In this document: positions 45,899-56,931 of the stretch, piece after piece
Position numbering within the stretch: the first letter of the stretch is position 1
Layout of the letters: each line of letters starts with the position of its first letter
Source of the DNA: Deltaproteobacteria bacterium
Lineage (GTDB): Bacteria > Myxococcota_A > UBA9160 > SMWR01
Assembly: GCA_032128115.1 (NCBI GenBank)
Contig: JAQBHB010000098.1
Span: forward strand, 1 to 64,000
Length of the DNA stretch: 64,000 bases
Direction: 5' to 3'
The notes under the pieces: model-generated
What the model was told of the DNA's origin: nothing
Database searches by the model: none
The model's input: only the letters and a program-made list of their open reading frames with translations
Position numbers and translations under genes: made by a program

Positions 45899-48226
45899 AT
45901 GAGGCGCACGATTGCGCGACTCTTCGCATGGGTGGGGATGACGCTTGCCTGCGGTGGATCGCCCGAGACGGAAGTGGTGGCATTGGTGGCGCAGGATTTC
46001 GACGCGCGCCAGGCGTCTGGCACCTGGATCGAGGCACGATCGCTGGATCCGTTGCACCCCAGCGACATCGCGCTGCGTGCGCGGGCCGGCGTCATGCTCT
46101 CGGCTCCGTGGCGGGTCTTCGACCTGCACCGTGGCCACGGCGGTGAGCCCTTTGCGAGCTTGCTGCTGTCGTCGGAGTCCTCGCTGTTGGCCTACCACGT
46201 TGCGGGCCAGCCGGGTGCGATCGGAGGCGACGACCTGCTGACGTCGCGGCTGGCGACGATCACGAGTGAAGAAGGTCGGAGCGACGCAAAGCTCGGGCTC
46301 CTGTTCGAACCTCCGTTGCCGCGCGATCGCGACGCCTTCGTCGGCCTCGCCGAGCTCGACGACGAGGACGTGGCGCGGCTTGTGTCGCTGTCGCTGGTGG
46401 TGGGAGCCGATCGCGCTCTGGCCGCGGATCGATTTTTCCGCGGCGCCGACGGCCGCCCGCGGCTTCCCTTCTTCGTCCCGGGCGAACCGGTGAACGGGTC
46501 GCGCCTGGCCGGATCCATGCTCGAGGTCTTCCTGCCCCCGGTGCTGGGACATCGACTGGCCTCCGAGCCGCAGCTGCGCGAGGCCGTGTACGCGGGCATC
46601 CACCGGCGGGCCCGGGCCGCTCCGGAGCTCGCGGCGAAGATTGCGGAACGCGCGGAGTCCCTGGGGGCGCTGGCGCCGGATGTGACCGGGCTGAGCGAAC
46701 GGCTCACGTCGCGCGCCACGGCCCTCGAGGGCTACCTGGGCTCCGTCTGGATCGAGCAGTTGGTTCGAGTGGAGGGAGCCGACGAGGCCCGGGTCACCCT
46801 GTTCGTACACAGCGTCGCGCCTCTCGACCTGGCCGCATTCGAGGCGGCCGCACCCGACGGACCAGTCGAAGGCCTGGCTCTCGTGGATCCGGAGACCGCT
46901 GCACGACATCCGGCTGCGGGGGAGGGCGACGGCGTGCGCTTCGCCGTGGGTCGGTCACTCGATCCGGTTCTCGATCCGGCGCGGGGCTTTCAGTCCCAAC
47001 GGCTCGACTACCGACTCACCGGCCTCGCCCGTTTCGGCTCCGAGCCCTGGAAGTGGATCGATACGTTTGGGCCCCGGGTCCGAAACCGGGTGACGGGAGC
47101 GCTCGTCCCTGCCGATCACATCACGGGCTTCGCCAGCCTTCGCGATCCGCGCTTCTCGAGCAGGGACGAGGAGGGAGTGGAGGCCTTCGCGGCCGCGCTC
47201 CCGGACCGGTTGACGCGTCGCGACGGCGCGGAACCGGCTCGGGTGGAGCGCGCGCAGCGCCGCGTGCGCGTGCCTGCGGGCGTGGTGCTCGTGGAGCAGG
47301 ATCTGGTGCTGCCCGACGGCTTCGGACTCGTGCTCGAGGCCGGAGCCGAGCTGTGGATGACTCCCGGGCGCTCGATCCTGGTGCGCGGAAACCTGAAGGT
47401 GCAGGGCGAGCCCGGACGCCCGGTGCTGGTGCGGTCGGCCGTGCCCGAGCGGAGTTGGGGTGTGTTGGCGGTTCAGGGATTCCAGAAATCGTTTCCCCCC
47501 GGACGGAGCGAGCGCGTCCGCGCCGAGATCCGCTACCTGGATCTGATCGGCGGATCGAGCGACGACCTGCGCGGCGCTCACTACGGGGGCTCGCTCTCGA
47601 TCCATCACGCCGATCTCCGACTCGAGCACGCGAGCCTGCGCGATGCCAGCGCCGATGCCCTCAGCGTGAAGTACGGGAGCGTGGAGATCGCCGACACGGC
47701 CTTCCTCGACAACCAGGGCGATGGCGCCGATCTCGATTGGAGCGAAGGCAGTGTGCAGCGTTCGACCTTCCGCGGAGGGGGCGACCGGGGAGATGGACTC
47801 GAGCTGTCGGACTCGAGGGTCTCGGTCGAGGACTCGGTCTTCCACGCCAGCGGCCGGCGCTGCCTGTCGGTCTCCGCCCGCGCCCGGGCCCGGGTGACGG
47901 GCTGCTTGTTCCGGAGTTGTCCGCTGGCGGTGGCCGCGCGCGATGGCGCGCGCGTGGACCTCTCGGACTCGGTCCTGCTGGACAACGAGCGGGAATTCGA
48001 AGCCGATCGCGGCGCCGGGGTCTTCGGGGGGGGCGCGATCCTTTGCGACGGCCTGATCCGCGTGGGAGAGCGCTCGCCGGATCGGCGCGATGGGGCCTCG
48101 GAAATCGAGATCCGGGCGTCGCTCGATCCCGGTCCGGAAGCCGCCCGCGCCGCGCGCCAGACCCTGGTCCGGGCCGCCCGCTTCTCATCCGAGTCCTACC
48201 GCGCAATGCGGGCAGAGCTTCCGTGA
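45899..48226 (+). CDS. Lipoprotein with a degenerate CotH-like N-terminus and a C-terminal right-handed beta-helix
   Basis: Lipobox MTLAC; DLVLPDGFGLVLEAGAEL, GEPGRPV, WGVLAV, DALSVKYG, GDGADLDWS, GDGLELSDS. Confidence 0.75.
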   Translation: MRRTIARLFAWVGMTLACGGSPETEVVALVAQDFDARQASGTWIEARSLDPLHPSDIALRARAGVMLSAPWRVFDLHRGHGGEPFASLLLSSESSLLAYHVAGQPGAIGGDDLLTSRLATITSEEGRSDAKLGLLFEPPLPRDRDAFVGLAELDDEDVARLVSLSLVVGADRALAADRFFRGADGRPRLPFFVPGEPVNGSRLAGSMLEVFLPPVLGHRLASEPQLREAVYAGIHRRARAAPELAAKIAERAESLGALAPDVTGLSERLTSRATALEGYLGSVWIEQLVRVEGADEARVTLFVHSVAPLDLAAFEAAAPDGPVEGLALVDPETAARHPAAGEGDGVRFAVGRSLDPVLDPARGFQSQRLDYRLTGLARFGSEPWKWIDTFGPRVRNRVTGALVPADHITGFASLRDPRFSSRDEEGVEAFAAALPDRLTRRDGAEPARVERAQRRVRVPAGVVLVEQDLVLPDGFGLVLEAGAELWMTPGRSILVRGNLKVQGEPGRPVLVRSAVPERSWGVLAVQGFQKSFPPGRSERVRAEIRYLDLIGGSSDDLRGAHYGGSLSIHHADLRLEHASLRDASADALSVKYGSVEIADTAFLDNQGDGADLDWSEGSVQRSTFRGGGDRGDGLELSDSRVSVEDSVFHASGRRCLSVSARARARVTGCLFRSCPLAVAARDGARVDLSDSVLLDNEREFEADRGAGVFGGGAILCDGLIRVGERSPDRRDGASEIEIRASLDPGPEAARAARQTLVRAARFSSESYRAMRAELP

Positions 48227-48227
48227 A

Positions 48228-48842
48228 TCACGGCGAAACCGGCACCACCCGCGCGTCGTTCGGCGCCCAGAAGACCGGCGGGGCCGTTCGCGAGAAGTCC
48301 TGCCGGATCACGTAGCGGCCGGGAGCGAAGCTGCGCGCGTAGAGGCCGTCGAAGGCGGCGCCGGCGGCCTGCACGCGCACTCGGGAATCGATGCGCTTCC
48401 AGCCGGTGCGCCCCAGATCGTGGCCGGTGGTTCCCAGGGCGAACAGCTGCGTCGTCTTCGACACCTCGAGAGTCCAGACGCGGTTGCCGTGGCGCTCGCC
48501 GCGGCAGAAGGCGTGGCCCACCAGGGCGTCCACCCGGCCCTCCGTGTGGTACGGGCGGTTCGAGTAGAGCTGCGTCCCGGGTCCCTCATAGACCGCTGGG
48601 TCGCAGGTGGTCGCGGCCGCCAGCGGCGCCACCAGCTGGCCCCGGCCGCGCAGGTTCGCCTGACTCACCAGGGCTGCGCAGCTCTCGGAAGCATCGGCGG
48701 GCTCGTCTGGCTTCGACGCGGTGGGGGCCGCCACCAGCCACACGTGAATCGACACGATGGCGGCCAGCGCGCCGGGCAGGCCGATGCGCAGATTCCAGAC
48801 GCGCCCGAGGGCGCGGGCGGCAGAGAGGCCCAACGAGGCCAT
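48228..48842 (-). CDS. Hypothetical membrane-anchored or exported protein
   Basis: 3' part of track ORF 48228..50858; GAGGAG RBS before ATG 48842; one TM, then LYSNRPYH; fills the gap between neighbours. Confidence 0.6.
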   Translation of the reverse strand: MASLGLSAARALGRVWNLRIGLPGALAAIVSIHVWLVAAPTASKPDEPADASESCAALVSQANLRGRGQLVAPLAAATTCDPAVYEGPGTQLYSNRPYHTEGRVDALVGHAFCRGERHGNRVWTLEVSKTTQLFALGTTGHDLGRTGWKRIDSRVRVQAAGAAFDGLYARSFAPGRYVIRQDFSRTAPPVFWAPNDARVVPVSP

Positions 48843-48959
48843 GATCGACTCCTCTCGCGAGCAGATTCCGGGGGCCATCTTACACAGGGCTCGCCCCCGC
48901 GCGCGGCCATCCGGTACCCTCGGGCCGTCTCGAGCCAGATCCCGAAACCGAGGCCCCAC

Positions 48960-50386
<1,427 letters not shown>

Positions 50387-50390
<4 letters not shown>

Positions 50391-51772
50391 GCGAGTCGGT
50401 TCGCGACATCCTGGCGCGGGAGAGCGCCGGCGGCGCGGTGCGTGTGCAGGGCTGGGTGCGGACGGCTCGCCACTCCAAGGGCGTCTCGTTTCTGGAGGTG
50501 AGCGACGGCTCCTGTTTCGCCGGGATCCAGGTCGTAGCGGAGCCGGGGCTCGCGAACTACGAGTCCGAGATCCGATCCACGGGCACCGGGACGGCCGTGG
50601 CGGCGACCGGTACCCTGGTGGACTCGCCCGGGAAAGGCCAGCGTTTCGAAGTCCACGCCTCGGAGATCGAGATCGTGGGCCGCGTCGATGACGACTATCC
50701 GCTCCAGAAGAAGCGCCACTCGTTCGAGTTCCTGCGCACCCAGGCGCACCTGCGGCCGCGCACCAACACCATCGGGGCGGTGCTGCGGGTTCGCAACGCG
50801 GCCTCATGGGCGATCCACGACTTCTTCCACGAGCGGGGCTTCGTGCACCTGCACTCACCGATCATCACCGCCTCTGATGCGGAGGGGGCGGGCGAGATGT
50901 TCCGGGTTTCGACGCTGGACGCTTCGGCGCCGCCGCGCGACGCGGAAGGTCGGGTCGACTTCAGCCGCGACTTCTTCGGGCGCGAGGCGTTCCTGACGGT
51001 TTCCGGGCAGCTGGAGGCGGAGATCGCGGCTCTGGCGCTCACCCGGGTCTACACTTTCGGTCCCACGTTCCGCGCAGAGAATTCGAATACCAGCCGCCAC
51101 CTGGCCGAGTTCTGGATGGTGGAGCCCGAGATGGCCTTCTGCGACCTGGCCGGCAACATGGATCTGGCCGAGGCGTTCCTGAAGCACGTCTTCCGCGCCG
51201 TGCTCGAGCAGTGTCCCGATGACATGGAGTTCTTCAATCAGCGCATCGACAACACGGTTCTCGAGACGCTCCAGCACATCATCGACACCCCGTTCGAACG
51301 GATCTCCTACGGCGATGCCATCGAGATCCTGCAGCGCAGCGGCGAGTCGTTCGAGTTTCCCGTGAAGTGGGGCGCCGACCTGCAGAGCGAGCACGAGCGC
51401 TATCTGACCGAGAAGAAGATCGGGCGCCCGGTGATCGTCAGCGACTACCCGGCGGACATCAAGGCCTTCTACATGTACCTGAACGACGACGAGAAGACGG
51501 TGGGCGCCATGGACGTGTTGGTGCCCAAGGTGGGCGAGATCGTCGGCGGTTCCCAGCGCGAGCACCGTCACGACGTGCTGGCCCGCCGCATGCGCGATTG
51601 CGGACTCGACGAAGAAGCCTATCGCTGGTACCTGGACCTGCGTCGCTTCGGTTCGGTTCCCCACGCGGGCTTCGGCCTGGGTTTCGAACGCATCGTCCAG
51701 TTCATGACCGGCATGGCCAACATCCGCGACGTGATCCCGTTTCCCCGGGTTCCGGGCTACGTGGAGTTCTAG
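50387..51772 (+). CDS. asnS: Asparagine--tRNA ligase
   Basis: [70 protein letters not shown]. Confidence 0.98.
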
Positions 51773-51788
51773 ACGCCGGGCGGCGCGA

Positions 51789-52640
51789 TCACTTCATCAG
51801 GAACCGGAGCACCGAGTCCAGGCCGCGGTCCGGGAGCAGCCAACCGAGGCCGGTGAGGAGCTTCGCGTCGACCCCGACGGTGTAGCGGGTGCGGGGACGG
51901 CCGGCCGTGAGCGCGTGCTCGATGGCCTGGGCCACCTGGTCCGGGCTCGCGGCCCGGGGCCGGAACTTGTCCACCATCCTCATGAAGTCCTGCATGGCAC
52001 CGCCGTAGAGCTCCTGGCCCAGGGGCGGCAATTTCTCGATGACCTCGGCCGCCGAATCCTGGCCCTTGTCGAGCATGGGGGTCTCGATGAAGCCGGGCTC
52101 CACCAGCGCCACGTCGACTCCCTGGCTCGCCACCTCCATCCGCAGCGCGTCGGACAGGGCCTCCAATGCGAACTTCGACGCGCAGTACGGGCCGAGCATC
52201 GGATTGGCCACCTTGCCGGCGCCGGAGCTGACGTTCACGATGCGGCCCTTCGCCCGGCGCACCAGCGGCAGGAAGCTCCGGATCACCGCGGCGGGGCCGA
52301 AGACGTTCACTTCGAACTGGCGACGCCACTCGTCGGAATCCACGAATTCGATGGGTCCGCCGACACCGATCCCGGCGTTGTTCACCAGCCCCCAGAGGCC
52401 CGCATCGCCCACCTGGCTGGCCACGTCCTTGGCGGCCTGCTCCACGGCTGTGGCGTCGGTAACGTCCAGCAGGATCGGGGTCAGGCGTTCCGACGCCTCG
52501 GCCTTCAGGGCCTGGCCGTCGGACTCGCGGCGCACGCCGGCGAAGACCCGAAAGCCGCCGCGATCGAGCCGGAGCGCGGCGGCGCGCCCGATTCCCGTGG
52601 ACGTGCCCGTGATGACGACGCTTTGTGCTGTATCCGGCAT
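51789..52640 (-). CDS. SDR family oxidoreductase (17-beta-HSD/RDH-like)
   Basis: TGTSTGIG, GLVNNAG, YCASKFALEA, VEPGFIETPM. Confidence 0.92.
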   Translation of the reverse strand: MPDTAQSVVITGTSTGIGRAAALRLDRGGFRVFAGVRRESDGQALKAEASERLTPILLDVTDATAVEQAAKDVASQVGDAGLWGLVNNAGIGVGGPIEFVDSDEWRRQFEVNVFGPAAVIRSFLPLVRRAKGRIVNVSSGAGKVANPMLGPYCASKFALEALSDALRMEVASQGVDVALVEPGFIETPMLDKGQDSAAEVIEKLPPLGQELYGGAMQDFMRMVDKFRPRAASPDQVAQAIEHALTAGRPRTRYTVGVDAKLLTGLGWLLPDRGLDSVLRFLMK

Positions 52641-52708
52641 GGGTGCCTCCCTGGTGTGGGTTCCGGTGGCATTCTTCTACAGCACGAGTCGAGAAGGCAA
52701 GGATCGCG

Positions 52709-53710
52709 TCAGGCTGCGCAGACGAAGTCGCGGATTTCGCGGTAGCCCAGGCCCGCGAGTTCAGCGCGCACCTGGCTGCGCGGTCCCTGGCGGGCCACCG
52801 ACACCACCACGGGTTCCCGGGGGCGGAAGGCCAGCGCTTCGGCGGGGATCACCGGTGCCCCCTGGATCTCGGTTCCGAGCCGGCCCGGGTGCAACTCCAC
52901 GATGGCCGATGGTTTCTTGCCGTGAGACTCCAGGGCGCGACACAGGGTGCGGCCGGTGCTCCCGTAGCCCCAGAGCACATAGCGTTCGCGCCCGGACAGG
53001 AAGCCCCGGGCCAGAAAGCTCGCCTTGCAGGCGGTGAAGCGGGCGATCGAGTAGGCGGGATCGGTCTGGGAGAGGCGCGTGTCCCCCTGACGCCACGAGA
53101 GGAGTCGTCGGGGTACCACACCCAGCCGGTGTCCGGCCTCCAGCATGCGGAGCACCAGGTCGTAGTCTTCGGGCCAGCCCCGATCGCGGTAGCCGAGTTT
53201 CTCGAGGAGCTGCCGACGCATCACCAGGGTGGGGTGGGCCAGGGGGCACTCGACGAACGCCTCCTCCTGGACCCGCTGCGGCGAGTCGATGCTGGCGAGC
53301 CAGGATTCGTAGGCGCGCATGCCCTCGGCCAGGCCCCTGCGCGGAAACAGACGCACGTGGCATCCCACTGCGTCGAGGCTCGCGTCCGCGTCCAGGGCGT
53401 CGGCCTGGGCAGCCAGGCGGTCCCGGTGCATCAGGTCGTCCGCGTCCATGCGCGCTACATGACGGCCCCGGCAGAGAGCCAGGCCCGTGTTGAGGGTTTC
53501 CACCAGTCCGCGGTGGGGCCGGGACTCGACGCGGATGCGGGCGTCGCTGCGTGCGAAGTCGCGGGCGAGCGCGAGGCTCGCGTCGCGCGAGCCGTCGTCG
53601 ACGAGCACGCATTCCCAGTCGCTCTCGGTCTGGCGCAGCAGGCTGCGCAGGCAGCTGGATAGCGTCCCTTCCGCATCGAACACGGGCAGCAGCACCGAGA
53701 TCCGGATCAC
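52709..53710 (-). CDS. Glycosyltransferase family 2
   Basis: ISVLLPVFD, LVDDGSRD, ARMDADD, HPT, EDYDLVLR; start moved to GTG 53710. Confidence 0.9.
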   Translation of the reverse strand: MIRISVLLPVFDAEGTLSSCLRSLLRQTESDWECVLVDDGSRDASLALARDFARSDARIRVESRPHRGLVETLNTGLALCRGRHVARMDADDLMHRDRLAAQADALDADASLDAVGCHVRLFPRRGLAEGMRAYESWLASIDSPQRVQEEAFVECPLAHPTLVMRRQLLEKLGYRDRGWPEDYDLVLRMLEAGHRLGVVPRRLLSWRQGDTRLSQTDPAYSIARFTACKASFLARGFLSGRERYVLWGYGSTGRTLCRALESHGKKPSAIVELHPGRLGTEIQGAPVIPAEALAFRPREPVVVSVARQGPRSQVRAELAGLGYREIRDFVCAA

Positions 53711-53848
53711 GCCGCACAGCGTATCCGACGCCGCCCTCCGGTGGGCGAAAGCCCGGTGTGGGCGGTAGCTCGCGGCGCATGCAGATGCGCCCGCTTCTGG
53801 AGGCCTCGCACGAGGTCTGGAGGCCACGCACGAGGCGGACTGCCCGGT

Positions 53849-53920
53849 GCTCGACGCGGCCTTCGCGGGGCCGGTACCCTGGGCGCTCGACGCGGCCTTC
53901 GCGGGGCCGGTACCCTGGGT
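53849..53920. repeat. 36-bp tandem duplication in a divergent intergenic region
   Basis: GCTCGACGCGGCCTTCGCGGGGCCGGTACCCTGGG(C/T) at 53849 and 53885. Confidence 0.9.
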
Positions 53921-53973
53921 GCACGACGAGCCCTGACCGCTCCGCACCTCATCGAAAGGACCCCCCGGTGACC

Positions 53974-54837
53974 ATGCCCCGCGACGTGCGCGCCATCGAC
54001 CTGATGATGGCGATCCCCGACGGCGACCCCTCTCGCTGGTATGAATTCCTCAAGGCGCAGCTCCGCGACCAGGAGAGCAAGGGCATGAAGATGCCGGCGG
54101 GCTACATGTTCAAGGACATTCCCGACCCGGGGCCCCAGGACGACTTCGTCAGCTACACGATCGCCCAGATGGATCGCTTCGGGATCGAACGGGCGATGGT
54201 GGGCGTGAGCGACCAGAACGAACTCACGAAGGTGGCGCTGAAGGAGCATCCGGACCGTTTTCTGGCGTCCTATGAGGTGGATCCCAACGGCGGCATGGAG
54301 GCGGTGCGTGCGCTCGAACGCATGCACCGGGACTACGGGATCGTGGCGGCCACCGCATTTCCGGCGGGCTGCCGACCCCAGGTGCCCATCAACGACAAGG
54401 CCTTCTACCCGATCTACGCGAAGTGCGTCGAACTCGACATTCCGATCTGCGTGTGTGCCGGCGTTCCCGGTCCGCGAACTCCCATGGCCTGCCAGAAGGT
54501 GGAGTTGATCGACGAGGTGTGCTGGTTCTTCCCGGAACTCCGCTTCGTGATGCGCCACGGCGCGGAGCCATGGACGGAGCTGGCGGTGAAGCTGATGCTG
54601 AAGTGGCCGAATCTCTTCTACATGACCAGCGCGTTTGCGCCAAGATATTATCCAGCCGACATCGTCGACTACGCGAATACGCGCGGTTCCGACAAGGTGA
54701 TGTACGCCGGCTACTTCCCCATGGGCCTGTCCCTGGAGCGGATCTTCTCGGAGCTGCCCGAGGTTCCCTTCCGCGATCACGTCTGGCCGAAATTCCTGCG
54801 CGAGAATGCGCTCCGGGTCTTCAAGATCGATTCGTGA
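53974..54837 (+). CDS. Amidohydrolase_2 family protein
   Basis: PINDKAFYPIYAKCVELDIPI, DEVCWFFPELRFVMRHGAEPW, TSAFAPRYYP, FLRENALRVF. Confidence 0.88.
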   Translation: MPRDVRAIDLMMAIPDGDPSRWYEFLKAQLRDQESKGMKMPAGYMFKDIPDPGPQDDFVSYTIAQMDRFGIERAMVGVSDQNELTKVALKEHPDRFLASYEVDPNGGMEAVRALERMHRDYGIVAATAFPAGCRPQVPINDKAFYPIYAKCVELDIPICVCAGVPGPRTPMACQKVELIDEVCWFFPELRFVMRHGAEPWTELAVKLMLKWPNLFYMTSAFAPRYYPADIVDYANTRGSDKVMYAGYFPMGLSLERIFSELPEVPFRDHVWPKFLRENALRVFKIDS

Positions 54838-54847
54838 ACTGCGGAAT

Positions 54848-56845
54848 CTACTTTTCGAAGTAGATCGGGCTCGACCAGGCCGTGCCGCCGTCGATCTGCG
54901 TCAGGCGCACGTAGACGTATTCGCCCGGCTTCAGATCCGTAAGAGGGGTCTGGAAGGCGATCTCGGTCTGGGGCGGATCGACTTCGATGGCCTCCGCGAT
55001 GCTCCCGCTCCGGATCAGGTCCAGGTACTGGATCGGGGCCGGGGCTATGCCCTGCACGAAGAGCACCTCGTCGAGTGACCCGTCCGGGACGGGAACCGTC
55101 GAGCCCATCGGGTTGCTGCCCAGCGCGGTGCGCAGGATGATGCGAGGTCCGCTGGTGGCGTATACCCGGCGCGCGCGCATGGCCGCCAGCACGCCCTCGC
55201 GGCTCACGTCGTCGCTCAGGATGGCGGCCAGGCCGCCGGACAGGGCGGCCAGCTGGGGCAGGCCCGGGTGGCCGTCGTGGCTGTCGCCGCTTCCGATGAA
55301 TCCGAAGCGATAGCCCCGGTCCAATACGTCGCGGACGAAGTTGCCGGGCACGGCGCTGTAGATCACTCCCGGCGAGTCGAGCGCCTCGCTGCTGCCGTGC
55401 ACCGAAACGATTTCGGTTACCGGCTCGAAACGCGGATCCGGGGGGATGGCCCAGTTCGTGGGAATCGGCCCGCCCGCCGAATGGTGGGCGAAGGTGAGGG
55501 CTGCGCGCCCCTCGAGCGCCTGCCACAGCTGCAGGGGGGACTCGTAGGCGGGATCCACCGAACTCAGCACGGAGCCCTCGTCGTCGAAGTAGAGCACGTG
55601 CCGGTGGCCGTGGATCCAGCTGGTCCACTCGAAACCGCGCACCGTCACGAAGCGACCGGGTTCGTGGAAGCGCTTCGTCTGCTCCTCGATCTCCCGCCAC
55701 ATGTCCGGGTGCGTCGACAACGGCAGGATGCCCCAATGGTCGTGGTCGGTCAGAGCCACCACGTCCAGGGACGAGACGTCGCGGGCATAGCGAAAGTAGT
55801 CCTCGGGGGTTCCGGTGCCGTCGGTCAGGCCCGTGTGTCCGTGCAGGTCGCCCCACAGGATGCGCGGCCCCGAGGCGGTGACGAGGATCGGATTGCTCTC
55901 CGCCTCGAGTCCGCCCGGGGCCCGTGCGCGCAGACGCAGCACCCCCTCACCCGCCGCGGTGGCCGTGGCGGTGATGGTCGTGCGACCGTGGTCCCCGGGG
56001 CCCAGGACCACCCGGGCTGGCAGGTCGAGCCCTTCGGGCGGTGAATCGAACACGATCTCTCCCGCGATCTCCGGGTCCGTGTTCCCGTACGCGTCGAGCA
56101 CGGCGAGGGTGACGCGAAAGGGCACGCCCGGTCGCGCGATCGAGTCGGCGGTGACCACCAGCTGGGCCGGCGCGTCCGGGTGTACGTCGATGCCGGGTGA
56201 ATCTTCCAGGAAGGTGCGGGTTCCGTCGCCGTCCCCATCCACCGAGAACCAGAACCGCGAGTTCTTCTCGGCGAAGCGATCGGCGATGGCCCCGAAGCTG
56301 CCCGCGCCGAAAGTGAGCGTGATGCGGTCGCTCTCCACCAGGGGTCGCCCAAGCACCTCGAGCGCAAGCAGCTGATCGCCCACGGTGGCAGCGTCGAGTT
56401 CCATGCCCTCATCGCTCACCTCGATCTCGGTGTAGCCGGGGCCGTCCGGGTCGCGGATCTGCGGCGTGCTCCAGCCCCAGAAGGGCGACACCTGCAGGTA
56501 GACCACGCCCCCGGTGGCGATGCCTTCGGGACCCACCTCGTAGACCAGCCGGAAACGCCCCGGTCGCTGGGCCACCGCGAACGCCGGGTCGCCCTCGGCC
56601 TGCTCGAGCCAGGCGCGGCCGCCGCCATCGGACGGCGACTGCTGGCGCTCGAGATCGGCGCGCAGCATCTCCAGCAGATCCCAGCGTGCGCCCGGCGGCC
56701 CGTCACCGGGGGTCGCGGTCTTGCTTCCCGGGAACTCCGGGACGGCTTCTGCGTCGCCGTCCGAAGGCGCTCCGCACGCACTGGTGCACAGTAGCCACGC
56801 CGCGGCGAGGACCGCGAGACCGCAGGATTTTCGTTTGGGCGTCAA
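54848..56845 (-). CDS. CehA/McbA-like PHP metallohydrolase (DUF3604-like), lipoprotein
   Basis: Lipobox TSAC; WGDLHGHT, LTDHD, GFEWTS..GHRHV, GSGDSHDGHPG, YATSGPRI, AWSSPIY. Confidence 0.85.
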   Translation of the reverse strand: MTPKRKSCGLAVLAAAWLLCTSACGAPSDGDAEAVPEFPGSKTATPGDGPPGARWDLLEMLRADLERQQSPSDGGGRAWLEQAEGDPAFAVAQRPGRFRLVYEVGPEGIATGGVVYLQVSPFWGWSTPQIRDPDGPGYTEIEVSDEGMELDAATVGDQLLALEVLGRPLVESDRITLTFGAGSFGAIADRFAEKNSRFWFSVDGDGDGTRTFLEDSPGIDVHPDAPAQLVVTADSIARPGVPFRVTLAVLDAYGNTDPEIAGEIVFDSPPEGLDLPARVVLGPGDHGRTTITATATAAGEGVLRLRARAPGGLEAESNPILVTASGPRILWGDLHGHTGLTDGTGTPEDYFRYARDVSSLDVVALTDHDHWGILPLSTHPDMWREIEEQTKRFHEPGRFVTVRGFEWTSWIHGHRHVLYFDDEGSVLSSVDPAYESPLQLWQALEGRAALTFAHHSAGGPIPTNWAIPPDPRFEPVTEIVSVHGSSEALDSPGVIYSAVPGNFVRDVLDRGYRFGFIGSGDSHDGHPGLPQLAALSGGLAAILSDDVSREGVLAAMRARRVYATSGPRIILRTALGSNPMGSTVPVPDGSLDEVLFVQGIAPAPIQYLDLIRSGSIAEAIEVDPPQTEIAFQTPLTDLKPGEYVYVRLTQIDGGTAWSSPIYFEK

Positions 56846-56931
56846 GAGCGTTCCGAGGTGGCGGTGGCGCCAGCATAGCCGCGCCCCGTGGCGTCTGCTG
56901 CTACGCTGCTCGCCCGTCTGCAGTGGCCCTC

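Noticed and set aside
45895..45901. Read-through or frameshift fusing CotH to the beta-helix gene
   Set aside because: The second gene is in another frame and has its own GGGAG RBS, ATG and lipoprotein signal peptide.
53849..53920. 36-bp repeat as a CRISPR array
   Set aside because: Only two abutting copies, no spacer, no cas genes.
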